Shown: positions 9,858-22,055, counted from the first letter of the stretch. The stretch is 64,000 bases of DNA from Polyangiales bacterium (GCA_049645265.1 JBARTN010000008.1:33036-97035), one strand, 5' to 3'. Numbers and translations: made by a program. Notes: a model not told the origin generated them from the letters alone.

Positions 9858-10916
9858 GTGACAGTGACATTGGACGAGCGGCATCGCCGAATCCTGTTCG
9901 CGGTCGTCACCGAGCACATCGCCTCGGGGAAGGCCGTGAGCTCGAGATGCATCGCTAAGCGTTACGCGATCAAGCTGTCGCCAGCGACCATTCGGAACGT
10001 GTTGTCCGATCTGGAAGACGCGGAGCTCCTGCATCAGCCGCACACGAGTGCGGGCCGCGTCCCGACCGATGCAGGTTTCCGATGCTTCGTCGACGCCATG
10101 GCCATGGCCGGAGAGATCTCGGACGCCCACCGGACCGCGTTGCTCCGGCGCCTTCAAGACTTGGAGCCGGGCGAGGACGCCGTACGGGAAACCGGTCAGC
10201 TCCTGAGCCTGCTCACCGGGACGGCGACGATCATCGCGCGGCCGACGATCGTGGAAGCGAGCCTCGATCAGTTGCGGTTCATGCGACTCTCGGGAGGGCG
10301 GACGCTCGCGGTCTTGGTCACGCGCAGCGGCGTGGTCGAAAACCGAGTGGTCGTCACTGAGGTCGCGGTGGATGACCACAGCCTCGAACGCGTGAACAAC
10401 TACCTTGCCGAGCTGGTCAGCGGCCGGACGCTCGCCGCGGTCCGAGATCTACTCGCAGCTCGACTGGCAACCGAAGAAGGCCAGTACCAGCTCCTGCGAA
10501 AGCAGGCACAGCAGATGGTCGAGGCCACGGTCGACGGCCAGATGGAACGAGCGCGCGTCGTCATCGAAGGGCAGGGCGCCCTCTTCGATCGACCCGAGTT
10601 CGGCGACGCGGAGAAGATTCGCCGATACCTCAGCGCCTTCGAGGAGAAGCAGAAGCTTCTCGAGCTGCTCGAACAGACTTTGCGGACCGATGGGGTTCAG
10701 GTCTTCATCGGTTCGGAGGCGGCGCTCGACGACGTGGACGACATCAGCGTGATTTCGAGCCCATACCGCCGGGATGGCGCCCGGGTCGGCTCCTTTGGAA
10801 TCGTGGGTCCGACGCGCATGGACTACAAGAAATACGTGCCTTTGGTAGGATTTGCCGCCGATGTGCTAAGCGACGTCCTCGACGGACGGCTGCCGGGCCA
10901 ATCGAAGGGCCCCTAG
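9858..10916 (+). CDS. hrcA: heat-inducible transcription repressor HrcA
   Basis: N-terminal winged helix with ATIRNVLSDLEDAELLHQPHTSAGRVPTDAGFR. It sits first in an hrcA-grpE-dnaK arrangement. Confidence 0.9.
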   Translation: MTVTLDERHRRILFAVVTEHIASGKAVSSRCIAKRYAIKLSPATIRNVLSDLEDAELLHQPHTSAGRVPTDAGFRCFVDAMAMAGEISDAHRTALLRRLQDLEPGEDAVRETGQLLSLLTGTATIIARPTIVEASLDQLRFMRLSGGRTLAVLVTRSGVVENRVVVTEVAVDDHSLERVNNYLAELVSGRTLAAVRDLLAARLATEEGQYQLLRKQAQQMVEATVDGQMERARVVIEGQGALFDRPEFGDAEKIRRYLSAFEEKQKLLELLEQTLRTDGVQVFIGSEAALDDVDDISVISSPYRRDGARVGSFGIVGPTRMDYKKYVPLVGFAADVLSDVLDGRLPGQSKGP

Positions 10917-10935
10917 AGAAAGACGGTCAGAGAGA

Positions 10936-11559
10936 ATGAGCGAACACGTGGGGGACGAGTCAGAAGACGAACAGACCAATGGCGCGGGTGAAGACGACGA
11001 GGTCATCTTTCCAGAGGAAGCGGATGGCGACGAGGCCGAAGCGGAGCCCAGCGACCTCGAAAAGGCCCGTGCCGAACGCGATCGCATGCGCGATCAACTC
11101 CTGCGCATTGCCGCCGACTTCGACAACTTTCGGAAACGATCACGCAAGGAAATTGAAGAGGTTCGCCGACGAACCATCGAGGACACGCTCCGCGAGGTCT
11201 TGCCGATCGTCGACAATCTGGAGCGCGCGGCCGACGCCATGGCCGGTGCGACCGAGGTGTCCGCGGTTTCGGACGGTGTCCATATGGTCCTGCGCGGCTT
11301 CGAGGACATTGCCAACCGCCTCGGCCTCAAGCGAGTTACGACGGTCGGGAATCAGTTCGACCCAACGTGCCACGACGCCATGCAGCAACAAGAGACCAAC
11401 GAGCATGCGCCAGGCACCATCGTCTCAGAGGTCGTTCCAGGCTATTTCCTCGGGGAGCGCCTATTGCGGCCGGCCATGGTAGTCGTCGCAAAGCCGGTAT
11501 CGGGCACCGATGATCAGCAAGGTGACGAAGACGAGAATGGCGGCGACGGGGATGGATAG
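10936..11559 (+). CDS. grpE: nucleotide exchange factor GrpE
   Basis: Acidic N-terminus, LLRIAADFDNFRKRSRKE, and a C-terminal beta domain GTIVSEVVPGYFLGERLLRPAMVVV. Confidence 0.92.
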   Translation: MSEHVGDESEDEQTNGAGEDDEVIFPEEADGDEAEAEPSDLEKARAERDRMRDQLLRIAADFDNFRKRSRKEIEEVRRRTIEDTLREVLPIVDNLERAADAMAGATEVSAVSDGVHMVLRGFEDIANRLGLKRVTTVGNQFDPTCHDAMQQQETNEHAPGTIVSEVVPGYFLGERLLRPAMVVVAKPVSGTDDQQGDEDENGGDGDG

Positions 11560-11615
11560 TCGCACGTTTGCTGCGTTGGCGCTCCATCTCGGGGTATAAA
11601 GGAGAGTAGGGCGAG

Positions 11616-13453
<1,838 letters not shown>

Positions 13454-13457
<4 letters not shown>

Positions 13458-13858
13458 GCGCCGAGGATAGAGCGTCGGCCGCCGGCGCCGAATGGTTGGC
13501 GCGCATGCGTTGGGGGGCGCTGGCGATTCAAGCGGCGGCGATACTCATCGCCACCGAGGGCCTCGATGTAACGCTACCCGTCATTCCGATGTGGTCGCTG
13601 GTGGCCGTAGGCGTCCTTTCGAACCTCTGGTTGGCGTCGCGCAAGGCGGATGCCGGTCACCTCGGTGCGTTCCTCGTTCTGGACGTCGCGCTCCTCTCCG
13701 GCATGCTCTACCTCTCGGGCGGCCCGACCAACCCGTTCAGCATCATCTACGTCGTGTACATTGCGATGTCTGCGGTGATGCTTGCGCCAAAGTGGACCTG
13801 GACGATCGCCGGACTCTCGATCGCATCGTTCGCCACGACCGTGGCTCGAGCGCGCTGA
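13454..13858 (+). CDS. truncated RegB/PrrB-like sensor kinase: membrane domain only, probable gene remnant
   Basis: GTG start overlaps the dnaK stop (GTGA). Four hydrophobic helices and the string [12 protein letters not shown]. The ORF stops at 13856-13858 before any HisKA or ATPase domain. Confidence 0.55.
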
Positions 13859-14394
13859 CCTTGTCCGAGCAACGTGGCAAGGCACTGTTTTTCGGCGGCA
13901 CCACCGAGGCAGGCGTGCCAGATGCCTTGGAGTGCTTCCACTGTCACGGAGGCTTTCTGCTTTCCCAGGCGGTCGATCACGACGGCAACGAGTTCAATCA
14001 ACAGACGTTCATCAACAACGGCCTCTACAACCTCGACTCGGACGGGAGCTACCCGGAAGGCAATCAGGGGCTCTTCGACAACACGAACGACCCGGCCGAC
14101 AAGGGAAAGTTCAAGCCGCCGAGCCTTCGCAACATCGCAGTGACGGCGCCCTACATGCACGATGGCTCGATCGCCACGCTCGAAGAGGTGGTGGATCACT
14201 ATGCGCGGGGCGGCCGATTGATCGAAACCGGGCCCAATGCGGGCGACGGTTTCGACAACCCCAACAAGAGCAGCTTCCTGAACGGGTTCGAGATCACCGA
14301 GCAAGAAAAACAGGACCTGATCGCCTTTCTTCGCACACTGACCGACGAAGACTTGCTGACCAATCCCTCGTTCAGCGACCCGTTCGCCGAATGA
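13852..14394 (+). pseudogene. C-terminal (second-haem) half of a di-haem cytochrome c peroxidase/MauG-family gene
   Basis: [13 protein letters not shown], haem c motif [25 protein letters not shown] and [11 protein letters not shown]. There is no start codon, signal peptide or first CxxCH domain. The upstream part of track ORF 13492.. is a shadow frame of the kinase fragment. Confidence 0.7.
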
Positions 14395-14395
14395 G

Positions 14396-15442
14396 CTAAA
14401 CCAGCAAGCGCGGCTCGCGTTCGAGGTTGACGCCGAACCGGCCGTGGACGCGGCTGCGGATTTCGTCGGCGAATGCGAGGAGCTCGGCGGTCGTGCCACC
14501 GCCGTGGTGGACCAGTGCCAGCGCGTGCTTGCTCGACACGCCAACCGCGCCCCGCCGGGTGCCTTTTGCAACTCCGGCTTTCTCGATAAGCCAGCCGGCC
14601 GCGAGCTTCACCTCGGCGCCGGGTGCGGGATAGCGGGGTACGTCGTCAGCGGCGCCAACCAGGTTCTCCCGCAGCGCCTGCTCGACCAGGCGGTCGGCAT
14701 CCGCGACGGAAACGAGCGGGTTGAGGAAAAAGGAGCCTGCGCTTCGGCGGTTCGGATCGTCCGGTTCGATCACCATGGACTTCTGGCGGCGAAGCTCGAG
14801 CACGGTGCGCTGAATCTCGGCAAGCGTGGCGTCGCGTCCGATGTTCTTTTCGAGCTCGGCATAGCGAATCGTTCCCAGGCCGTTTGGGCGCAGGGCAAAG
14901 TCGACCGCGGAGACGATGAAGCGATCCGGCTCGCGTTTGAACAGGCTATCGCGATATGCAAAGCCGCAGTCCTCCGGGGCCAGCTCGTCGAACGCGAGGG
15001 TGTCGCGACGAAGGACACGGACCCGCACGATCACGTCGGCGACTTCCGCACCGTACGCTCCGACGTTTTGGATCGGTGTCGCACCAGTGGACCCGGGAAT
15101 ACCCGCAAGGCATTCGAGCCCTGCCCAATTACGGGCGACCGCGCCGTCTACCACCCTCTCCCAAGGGACTCCGGCGCCAGCGGTCACCGTACCGCCCTCT
15201 CGAAAATCGAGATCGGCGATCGACATCTGGATCACCAGGCCTTGGTAACCCTCGTCGGGCACGATGAGGTTCGAACCGCCAGCGAGGATCGCCGATCGCA
15301 GATCTTCGTCGGCCGCCCAACGCAGCGCGGCGACCAGCGTCGCTTCGTCGGGCGCGCGAACGAAATGCTTCGCGGACCCACCGAGCTCCAAGCTGGTGAG
15401 CGGAGCGAGCGGAACGTCGCGCTGAATCTCGAGCGTCGTCAT
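14396..15442 (-). CDS. murB: UDP-N-acetylenolpyruvoylglucosamine reductase MurB
   Basis: MTTLEIQRDVPLAPLTSLELGGSAKHF, ILAGGSNLIV and SAGSFFLNP. I set the start at ATG 15442, since the longer track ORF overlaps serS. Confidence 0.9.
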   Translation of the reverse strand: MTTLEIQRDVPLAPLTSLELGGSAKHFVRAPDEATLVAALRWAADEDLRSAILAGGSNLIVPDEGYQGLVIQMSIADLDFREGGTVTAGAGVPWERVVDGAVARNWAGLECLAGIPGSTGATPIQNVGAYGAEVADVIVRVRVLRRDTLAFDELAPEDCGFAYRDSLFKREPDRFIVSAVDFALRPNGLGTIRYAELEKNIGRDATLAEIQRTVLELRRQKSMVIEPDDPNRRSAGSFFLNPLVSVADADRLVEQALRENLVGAADDVPRYPAPGAEVKLAAGWLIEKAGVAKGTRRGAVGVSSKHALALVHHGGGTTAELLAFADEIRSRVHGRFGVNLEREPRLLV

Positions 15443-15453
15443 CCAATCGTCAT

Positions 15454-16776
15454 TTAGGGCGCTGGGATTCTTTCGAGGCCAGCCATGTAGGGGCGCAACG
15501 CTTCGGGAATGAGCACGCTGCCATCGGCCCGTTGATTCTGTTCCAGAATTGCGACCAGCGTCCGGCCGATCGCAAGGCCCGATCCGTTGAGTGTGTGAAG
15601 GAAGCGCGGCTTGGCCTTTTCTTCGGGTCGGAATCGAGCCTGCATTCGCCGCGCCTGGAAGTCTCCGAACCAAGAACAGCTCGAAATCTCTCGATAGGTG
15701 TTCTGTGCGGGCAACCAGACTTCCAGGTCGTAGGATTTCTGCGCCGCAAACCCCATGTCTCCCGCGCAGAGCTGCACGACGCGATGGTGCAGGCCAAGCT
15801 TCTGCAGGATCGACTCGGCGTGGTGGGTGAGGGCTTCGAGCTGCACCTCGCCTTGGTCAGGATGACAAAAACGGACCAGCTCGACCTTGTCGAATTGATG
15901 GACGCGAATCATGCCACGCGTATCTTTGCCGTAGCTTCCCGCCTCACTTCGAAAGCAGGCGGTGTATCCAGTGTACGCGACCGGCAAGTCGGCTCCGGCG
16001 AGGATCTCGTTCGCATGGAGATTGGTGAGTGGAACTTCGGCAGTCGGTACGAGATACAAGTCGTGCCCCCGCGCCTCGGCCTGCGCTTCCCATTCTTCGT
16101 CTTTTGCCATGCGAAACGCGTCTTTGGCGAACTTCGGGAGCTGGCCGGTGCCGCGCATGGCGCTGTCTTTGACGAGCACCGGCGGCCAGACCTCTTCGTA
16201 TCCATGTTCGGTGCTGTGAACGTCGAGCATGAACTGCATCAACGCTCGATTGAGGCGAGCGCCGAGGCCCTTGAGCACGACGAAGCGCGAGCCGCTGATC
16301 TTGGCAGCCCGTTCGAAGTCGAGGATGTCAAGCTTGGTGCCGATCTCGACGTGATCGACGACGTCGAAGTCGAAGGCCGGCTTGTCACCCCAGACCCGGA
16401 GCTCGACGTTCTCGTCTTCGCTCAGGCCGTCGGGCGTACTGGTATGAGGAAGGTTCGGAAGGTTCAGCAAGATCGATTCGAGCTCAGTCTCCACTTCGCC
16501 TTGCCGCGACTCGCCCTGCTTGATTTGATCGCCGAGGCTGCGGAGCTGCTCGCGCTTCGCCTGAAACTCGTCGGACTTCTTGTCAGCTACCTTCGCCATG
16601 GCCTGGCTGGCTTCGTTCCGCTCTTGTCGCAGCGCCTCGACCCCGGTGATGACGGATCGCCGCTCCGCGGCTAGGGACCCGAGTCGATCTAGCAGCTCAG
16701 CATCGGCGAAACCGCGGCGCGTCAGGGCTGCCTTCACCTCTGGCAGATTCTCGCTCACATGGCGCAGGTCGAGCAT
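15454..16776 (-). CDS. serS: seryl-tRNA synthetase
   Basis: MLDLRHV N-terminus with a coiled-coil arm. Class II motifs FRSEAGSYGKDTRGMIRVHQF and NGSGLAIGRTLVAILE. Start set at ATG 16776. Confidence 0.95.
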   Translation of the reverse strand: MLDLRHVSENLPEVKAALTRRGFADAELLDRLGSLAAERRSVITGVEALRQERNEASQAMAKVADKKSDEFQAKREQLRSLGDQIKQGESRQGEVETELESILLNLPNLPHTSTPDGLSEDENVELRVWGDKPAFDFDVVDHVEIGTKLDILDFERAAKISGSRFVVLKGLGARLNRALMQFMLDVHSTEHGYEEVWPPVLVKDSAMRGTGQLPKFAKDAFRMAKDEEWEAQAEARGHDLYLVPTAEVPLTNLHANEILAGADLPVAYTGYTACFRSEAGSYGKDTRGMIRVHQFDKVELVRFCHPDQGEVQLEALTHHAESILQKLGLHHRVVQLCAGDMGFAAQKSYDLEVWLPAQNTYREISSCSWFGDFQARRMQARFRPEEKAKPRFLHTLNGSGLAIGRTLVAILEQNQRADGSVLIPEALRPYMAGLERIPAP

Positions 16777-16859
16777 GGAAGCGGGTCTACAACAGGAGCC
16801 CCGCGAGCACCAGTCGCGCACTTCTTGGCTCGGCGTGCAAAAGCACCTACGTTGGAGCC

Positions 16860-17528
16860 GTGAGCGAGACGGGCAAGCTCGGCCGGTTGGGGGTGATCGG
16901 CGATGTCCACTGCGAGGCTGAAACGCTGGGCCGCGTGCTCGGTGCGCTAGACTCGATGAACGTCGACGCAATTCTCTGTGTCGGTGATTTGGTCGATGGC
17001 CACGGAGATGCGGATACGACCCTCGGGATGCTGGAGGCGCGAGGCGTCCAGTGCGTCGCTGGCAACCATGAACGCTGGTTCCTGTCGGGCGAGCAGCGGT
17101 CCCTCGAGAACGCCACGCTCGAGATCAGCGACGCATCACGTGCATTCATCGAAGCGCTCCCGCGAACGCGCCGGTACTCCACCGAGGCGGGAGAAACACT
17201 GCTCTGTCACGGCGTCGGCGAAGACGACGAAGCCTGGCTCCTGCCCGACACCCGAGGCTACGCCCTCCAAGACATGCCAACGCTTCGGGAGCTGATGCTC
17301 GACGACGAGGTTCAGTTCATGATCGGCGGTCACACCCACCAGAGAATGGTCCGCGTGTTCCCTGGGCTCACGGTAGTCAATGCCGGAACGATTCACCGCA
17401 AAGACGAGCAGTCGTTCGTGGTTCTCGACTTCGCGGCGATGCGCATGTCGGCCTATTCGGCGGCGGCGGCAACGACCGGTGAGCTCATTGAAGAGCTCGA
17501 GCTACCCATGCCCGCACCCTTCGAGTAG
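16860..17528 (+). CDS. metallophosphoesterase (calcineurin-like) family protein
   Basis: GVIGDVHCE, VGDLVDGHGD, AGNHERW and GGHTH motifs. GTG start. Confidence 0.8.
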   Translation: MSETGKLGRLGVIGDVHCEAETLGRVLGALDSMNVDAILCVGDLVDGHGDADTTLGMLEARGVQCVAGNHERWFLSGEQRSLENATLEISDASRAFIEALPRTRRYSTEAGETLLCHGVGEDDEAWLLPDTRGYALQDMPTLRELMLDDEVQFMIGGHTHQRMVRVFPGLTVVNAGTIHRKDEQSFVVLDFAAMRMSAYSAAAATTGELIEELELPMPAPFE

Positions 17529-17546
17529 AGGGGCGCCCCAGTGGTC

Positions 17547-18821
17547 CTAGCGAGCTTGCCGCCAAAGCTCCGCTAACGACGGCATCGTCCCGGTCAGCAG
17601 GAACCCCACTCGAAACAGCCGCGCCCCCAATCGAATCGACAGCCAGGTCGAGATCAACAAGACCAGCATTGAGCCAACCACCTCCCACCAGGCGATGCCC
17701 GAAGCGTCGACGGAGAGCCGGATGATCACGGTGAGCGGCGAAGTGAACGGAATCCACGTCATCGCTTGGCCGAGGATGCCGTTGGGCTCCTCGAGAAGGA
17801 TCACGAGAACCATCAGCGGAAGGATCGCGAGCATCGCCCAGCCCATGGTGAGCTTCTGACTCTCGGCCGCGTTGGCCCCGAGCGCAGCCGTGGCCAGCAT
17901 CAAGCTTCCGAGAAACAGGTAGCCCAAGACGAACAATAGCGGCGCCACCGCCAACGCTCCCCAGGGGATCGACACGAGCGCCGCAAACGCCGCCGAGGCG
18001 GTAATCGCCACGAAGACGACCATCGACGACCAGGCTGCGAATTGGAGCAGACCCGCTGTGCCGAGACCAACGAGCTTGCCGGCCAAAATTTCCTCGGGCG
18101 TCACCGAAGAGAGCAGAACTTCGACAATCTTGCTCTCCTTGTCGGTCGAAACGGTCTGCACGAGATAGCCCGAAGCGCTCAGCAGCGCAGTGAGCAAGAG
18201 AATTCCCAAGAAAAGGGGGATCATCGTGCGCACGAGGAGGTCGAGGGCCTCATCGACGTCGGCCACTTCGTCGCCTCCGGGGCCGAGGCGGCTGCGCACG
18301 AAATAGGCTGGCGAGAGCACGCGCTTGTGCACCTCGCCGTCGAGGCGTCCTTTGATGAGGGACTCTCGCAAGAGCCTTCGGAGCAGCGGCTCAATCGAGG
18401 TCCCCCGCATGCTCAAGAGGGGGGTCTTCTCCGACTCGACGGCACGCACCTTTCCAGTCGCGAGGTAATCATGTTCGATGACGTACATCGCGCGAAGGGC
18501 ACCAGCTTCGAGGTCCTTGCGGGCTGCGTCGCGATGGTCGTAGAGCAGCACCTCGTCGGCGTTCTCGTTCGCCTTCCAGCGCAGCTCGCCGTCCTGTTCT
18601 ACGAACGACGAACGATCGATGACCTCGGCTTCGTCGACCAAGCCGAACCGCGAGCTCTCTGCGGCGCGCTGCGAAAGAAAATACGTTTGGACACCGAGGA
18701 CAGTGCCCGAAACCGCGGCCAGAAAAAGAGGTAGACCGAACGTCGCCAGCAAGTACGACAAGCGTTTGACGACCGACAGAAACTCGAATCGCGCCACGGC
18801 GGCGATACGTTGGATGCGCAT
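17547..18821 (-). CDS. ABC-2 type transporter permease (NatB-like)
   Basis: N-terminal TM segment, a large loop and a C-terminal cluster of 5-6 TM helices. It lies directly downstream of the ABC ATPase gene, with a 3-nt gap. Confidence 0.75.
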   Translation of the reverse strand: MRIQRIAAVARFEFLSVVKRLSYLLATFGLPLFLAAVSGTVLGVQTYFLSQRAAESSRFGLVDEAEVIDRSSFVEQDGELRWKANENADEVLLYDHRDAARKDLEAGALRAMYVIEHDYLATGKVRAVESEKTPLLSMRGTSIEPLLRRLLRESLIKGRLDGEVHKRVLSPAYFVRSRLGPGGDEVADVDEALDLLVRTMIPLFLGILLLTALLSASGYLVQTVSTDKESKIVEVLLSSVTPEEILAGKLVGLGTAGLLQFAAWSSMVVFVAITASAAFAALVSIPWGALAVAPLLFVLGYLFLGSLMLATAALGANAAESQKLTMGWAMLAILPLMVLVILLEEPNGILGQAMTWIPFTSPLTVIIRLSVDASGIAWWEVVGSMLVLLISTWLSIRLGARLFRVGFLLTGTMPSLAELWRQAR

Positions 18822-18824
18822 ACC

Positions 18825-19715
18825 TCAGCGGCCTCCACTCACGAGATTGACGAAAATCTCATCCATGCGAGCCACCAAGGGTTCGTAGCGATCGACCAAG
18901 ACGCCGTTGCGGACGAGCTCGTTCAAGTATCCCGCAGGAGTGGCGCTCGAGGGCAGCGCCACACACCAGCACCCTGCCTTGCGCTGCGTAGCCTCCACGC
19001 CGAGTGCGACGAGGTCCATCGCCGTCCAGACCATGACTTCGTGCGGTGAGTAGCGACGGCGAATCTCGTCGAGCTGGCCGTACACCACCAGGTTTCCACG
19101 ATGGATGAGCGCAACGCGGTCACAGAGCGCCTCGACTTGGTGCATCATGTGGGTCGACAAGACCGTGGTTCGGCCGCTTCGCCGGCGCTCCTCGATCAGC
19201 TCGGTGACGAGGGCCACGTTGATCGGATCCAAGCCCGAAAACGGTTCGTCCAGAACACAGAGCTCGGGATCGGTCATGAGGCAGGCGGCGATCTGAACCT
19301 TCTGCGTCATGCCTTTCGAGAGGCTTTCGACTCGCTGGTCCGCAACTTCGGTGAGGCCGACGCGCTCGAGCCAATGGTCCCCGGCGTCCCGCGCCGCTGC
19401 ACGCTTCATGCCCTTCAGCCGCCCCAGGTACGCGAGAAGCTCGCGCACCTTGGCGCGACGATACACACCGCGCTCCTCGGGAAGATAGGCTGTGCGATCG
19501 AGGGTCTGCGGAGTTGGCGCGGCGCCAAAGAGCGACACTTCGCCCTCATCGGCACGAAGGATGTCGAGCCCGATTCGGATGAGGGTCGTCTTTCCGGCAC
19601 CGTTCGGTCCGAGAAGGCCGAAGACCTCGCCCGGCCCAACTTCGAGCGACACCCCGTCGAGCACAGTGTGCCGCCCAAAACGCTTGGACACGCGCTGAAA
19701 CGCAAGAACTACCAC
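18825..19715 (-). CDS. ABC transporter ATP-binding protein (NatA-like)
   Basis: Walker A GLLGPNGAGKTT, signature LSKGMTQKV and Walker B LCVLDEPFSGLD. Confidence 0.92.
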   Translation of the reverse strand: MVVLAFQRVSKRFGRHTVLDGVSLEVGPGEVFGLLGPNGAGKTTLIRIGLDILRADEGEVSLFGAAPTPQTLDRTAYLPEERGVYRRAKVRELLAYLGRLKGMKRAAARDAGDHWLERVGLTEVADQRVESLSKGMTQKVQIAACLMTDPELCVLDEPFSGLDPINVALVTELIEERRRSGRTTVLSTHMMHQVEALCDRVALIHRGNLVVYGQLDEIRRRYSPHEVMVWTAMDLVALGVEATQRKAGCWCVALPSSATPAGYLNELVRNGVLVDRYEPLVARMDEIFVNLVSGGR

Positions 19716-19794
19716 CGAGCAAGTGTATCGGTTGGGGGGCCCGGGGGGCTAATCCGCTGCAACCTGAGGGACGGGGACAGCTTCACCGGCATCT

Positions 19795-20841
19795 CTAGGA
19801 AACCGCCACAGCCAAGAGCTTCTTGGTCAATGTGGAAACGCCGACGCTCCCTAGGTCATCGGTGAGGAAAAGCCGTCGCGTCTCCGACGTCTCAGCCCTC
19901 GCCCTCGTCGCCCGAAACACGTCGATCTGCATTCGCCGGTGCGACAGAACGTGGTCCAGCTGTCCAATCGGTTCCCGGCCTAAGCTCGCCGAAATCCTCG
20001 CATCCCGAAGCGCTCCTCGCGCATCGCTCAAATCAAAGGCGCTTCTCGGGATCGTCGGCAAGCCCCAGAGCCCCGCGAACAAGCTCTGCTCGCTTCGAAG
20101 GAGCCACACGCGTTGCTCCGGCCCGCGGCCCTGCGTCGCCACCACGGCGGCTAGTTTCACCTGGCTAGGCGCTTTTCGGACACGCGGAACGGGGAGCGTG
20201 TCGACTTCGCCCTGTGCGCGCGCCTTGCAGTCGTCGGCAACCGGGCAGGACTCGCAACTTGGGTGCTTGGGCGTGCAGACCGTCGCGCCGAGCTCCATCA
20301 AGGCCTGATTGAAGGCGCCAGGTCTTACGCCTGGAACCAAACGCGCGGCCTCTTCCCAGAGGCGTTTGCTGGTTACCGACGAGCCGACTGGAGTGCCGAT
20401 TCGAAAGAGGCGCGTGAGAACGCGGGTGACATTCCCGTCGACGATTGGCTCTTCCTTCTCGAAGGCAATGCTGCCAATGGCGCCCGCAGTGTAGGGACCC
20501 ACACCTGGGAGAGCACGTCGTGCTTCGGCATCCTCGGGGACCTCTCCGCCGTACTCCGCGACGACTTCCCGGACACCCGCGTGGAGCAAACGCGCACGTC
20601 GGTAGTAACCTAGGCCGCTCCAATGCGAGAGCACCGCATCTTCGTCCGCTTCCGCCAAGTCTCTCGGCGTAGGAAAGCTCGCCAGGAAGCGCTCGTAATA
20701 CGGGATGACCGTCTCTACACGCGTCTGTTGAAGCATGACCTCGGACACCCAGATTGCGTACGGGTCCCGCGTCTGGCGCCAAGGAAGGTCGCGGGCCGCC
20801 TCGTCGTACCAGCCGAGCAGCTTCTGCCGAATCGAAGCCAT
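19795..20841 (-). CDS. mutY: A/G-specific adenine DNA glycosylase MutY
   Basis: LPWRQTRDPYAIWVSEVMLQQT, an HhH-GPD region, the 4Fe-4S loop CTPKHPSCESCPVADDC, and a C-terminal NUDIX-like domain. The ATG at 20841 shares one base with the E2 stop codon. Confidence 0.9.
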   Translation of the reverse strand: MASIRQKLLGWYDEAARDLPWRQTRDPYAIWVSEVMLQQTRVETVIPYYERFLASFPTPRDLAEADEDAVLSHWSGLGYYRRARLLHAGVREVVAEYGGEVPEDAEARRALPGVGPYTAGAIGSIAFEKEEPIVDGNVTRVLTRLFRIGTPVGSSVTSKRLWEEAARLVPGVRPGAFNQALMELGATVCTPKHPSCESCPVADDCKARAQGEVDTLPVPRVRKAPSQVKLAAVVATQGRGPEQRVWLLRSEQSLFAGLWGLPTIPRSAFDLSDARGALRDARISASLGREPIGQLDHVLSHRRMQIDVFRATRARAETSETRRLFLTDDLGSVGVSTLTKKLLAVAVS

Positions 20842-22055
20842 CAAAGGTCCCCGTCGAACAGGCGCTCCGGATTCTCCAGCATTTCGATGACGTCGTACGC
20901 GAACGCCGCGCCGACGTGTCCGTCCACGACGCGGTGGTCGAGCGAAAGCGACAGCAACATGACCTTGCCGACGACGATTTCTCCGTCGCGAACGACGGGC
21001 TTCTCCTTGATTCGGTGCACCCCCAGGATGCCCAGCTCCGGATGATTCAGGATAGGCGTCGCAAGAAGGCCGCCCCGTTTGCCGAGGGATGTCACCGTGA
21101 ACGTGGAGCCCCGCAGATCTTCGGGCGCAATGGTTCCGTCCCTCGCCGAACGTGAAAGGCTCTCGATTCGGCTCGCCAGCTCGAAGAGCGCGAGCCGGTC
21201 CGCGTTGTGTACGACCGGAACCATCAGTCCGGCCTCGGTCGCCGTTGCCACACCGATGTTGTAGTACTTCTTGTAAACCAGCTCATTACTGCGCTCATCG
21301 ACCGCCGCGTTGAGCACGGGATGTCTGGGCAACGCATCGGCCACGGCTTTGACGATGAAGGGCAAGTAGGTGAGCCGGACCCCGCGGCGCTCGGCGTCGG
21401 GCAACAGCCGACGCCGCAGCTCCACCAGACCCGACGCATCGCACTCCTCGACGAAGGTGAAGTGCGCCGCCGTCGTCTTGGAGCGGTGCATCCGCTCGGC
21501 GATCGTACGCCGCATCCCGAGGATCGGGCTACGCTCTTCGAGCGCTGCAGGCGTGCGCTCCCCCGTGCCAAGCGAGCGAACGTCATCCTCGGTCACCCGC
21601 CCCTCCGCACCGCTGGGACGTACCTGCCGAAGGTCCACTCCCAGCTCTTGGGCAAGGCGGCGCACGGCCGGAGTTGCAAGCGGCTTCGCGCGAAAGGAGC
21701 TGGTTTCGGCACGGGTCTGAAAGAGCGCCGCCCCCGGCACTTGATCCCGAATTTCCCCCACCGCGGTGGCCGGCGGCCTCGAAGATCGCTGCGCGGCATC
21801 CACGTTCGACGCCAGCGCGGACTCCAGCGTGAGGATCACCTGGCCCACTTGCGCGATGGCGCCCACTTCGAAGCAAATCCGCTCGACTCGCGCTTCGCAA
21901 GGCGCGCCGATCGTGACGGTCGCCTTGTCGGTCATGACCTCCACCATCGGGTCGTCCTCGGCCACGCTGTCGCCCACCGACACGAACCATTCGACGATCT
22001 CGCCTTCGGTCACCCCTTCCCCAACGTCCGGAAGCCTGAAGTCGAGCCGAGCCAT
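20841..22055 (-). CDS. bkdB: dihydrolipoamide acyltransferase (E2) of a branched-chain 2-oxoacid dehydrogenase complex
   Basis: Lipoyl domain with EVMTDKATV, E3/E1-binding domain ATPAVRRLAQELGVDL, and catalytic SLSLDHRVVDG. Confidence 0.9.
   Translation of the reverse strand: MARLDFRLPDVGEGVTEGEIVEWFVSVGDSVAEDDPMVEVMTDKATVTIGAPCEARVERICFEVGAIAQVGQVILTLESALASNVDAAQRSSRPPATAVGEIRDQVPGAALFQTRAETSSFRAKPLATPAVRRLAQELGVDLRQVRPSGAEGRVTEDDVRSLGTGERTPAALEERSPILGMRRTIAERMHRSKTTAAHFTFVEECDASGLVELRRRLLPDAERRGVRLTYLPFIVKAVADALPRHPVLNAAVDERSNELVYKKYYNIGVATATEAGLMVPVVHNADRLALFELASRIESLSRSARDGTIAPEDLRGSTFTVTSLGKRGGLLATPILNHPELGILGVHRIKEKPVVRDGEIVVGKVMLLSLSLDHRVVDGHVGAAFAYDVIEMLENPERLFDGDL

Noticed and set aside
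13492-13851. The first 120 codons of track ORF 13492..14394, read as the N-terminus of a 300-aa peroxidase.
   Set aside because: This part has no haem motif or signal peptide. It is the out-of-frame shadow of the better-supported 4-TM kinase-fragment ORF. Only the region from 13852 looks like CCP.
17530-17539. Perfect palindrome GGGGCGCCCC between convergent genes, considered as a terminator.
   Set aside because: It is too short to form a stable stem-loop with a real loop, and there is no U-tract.
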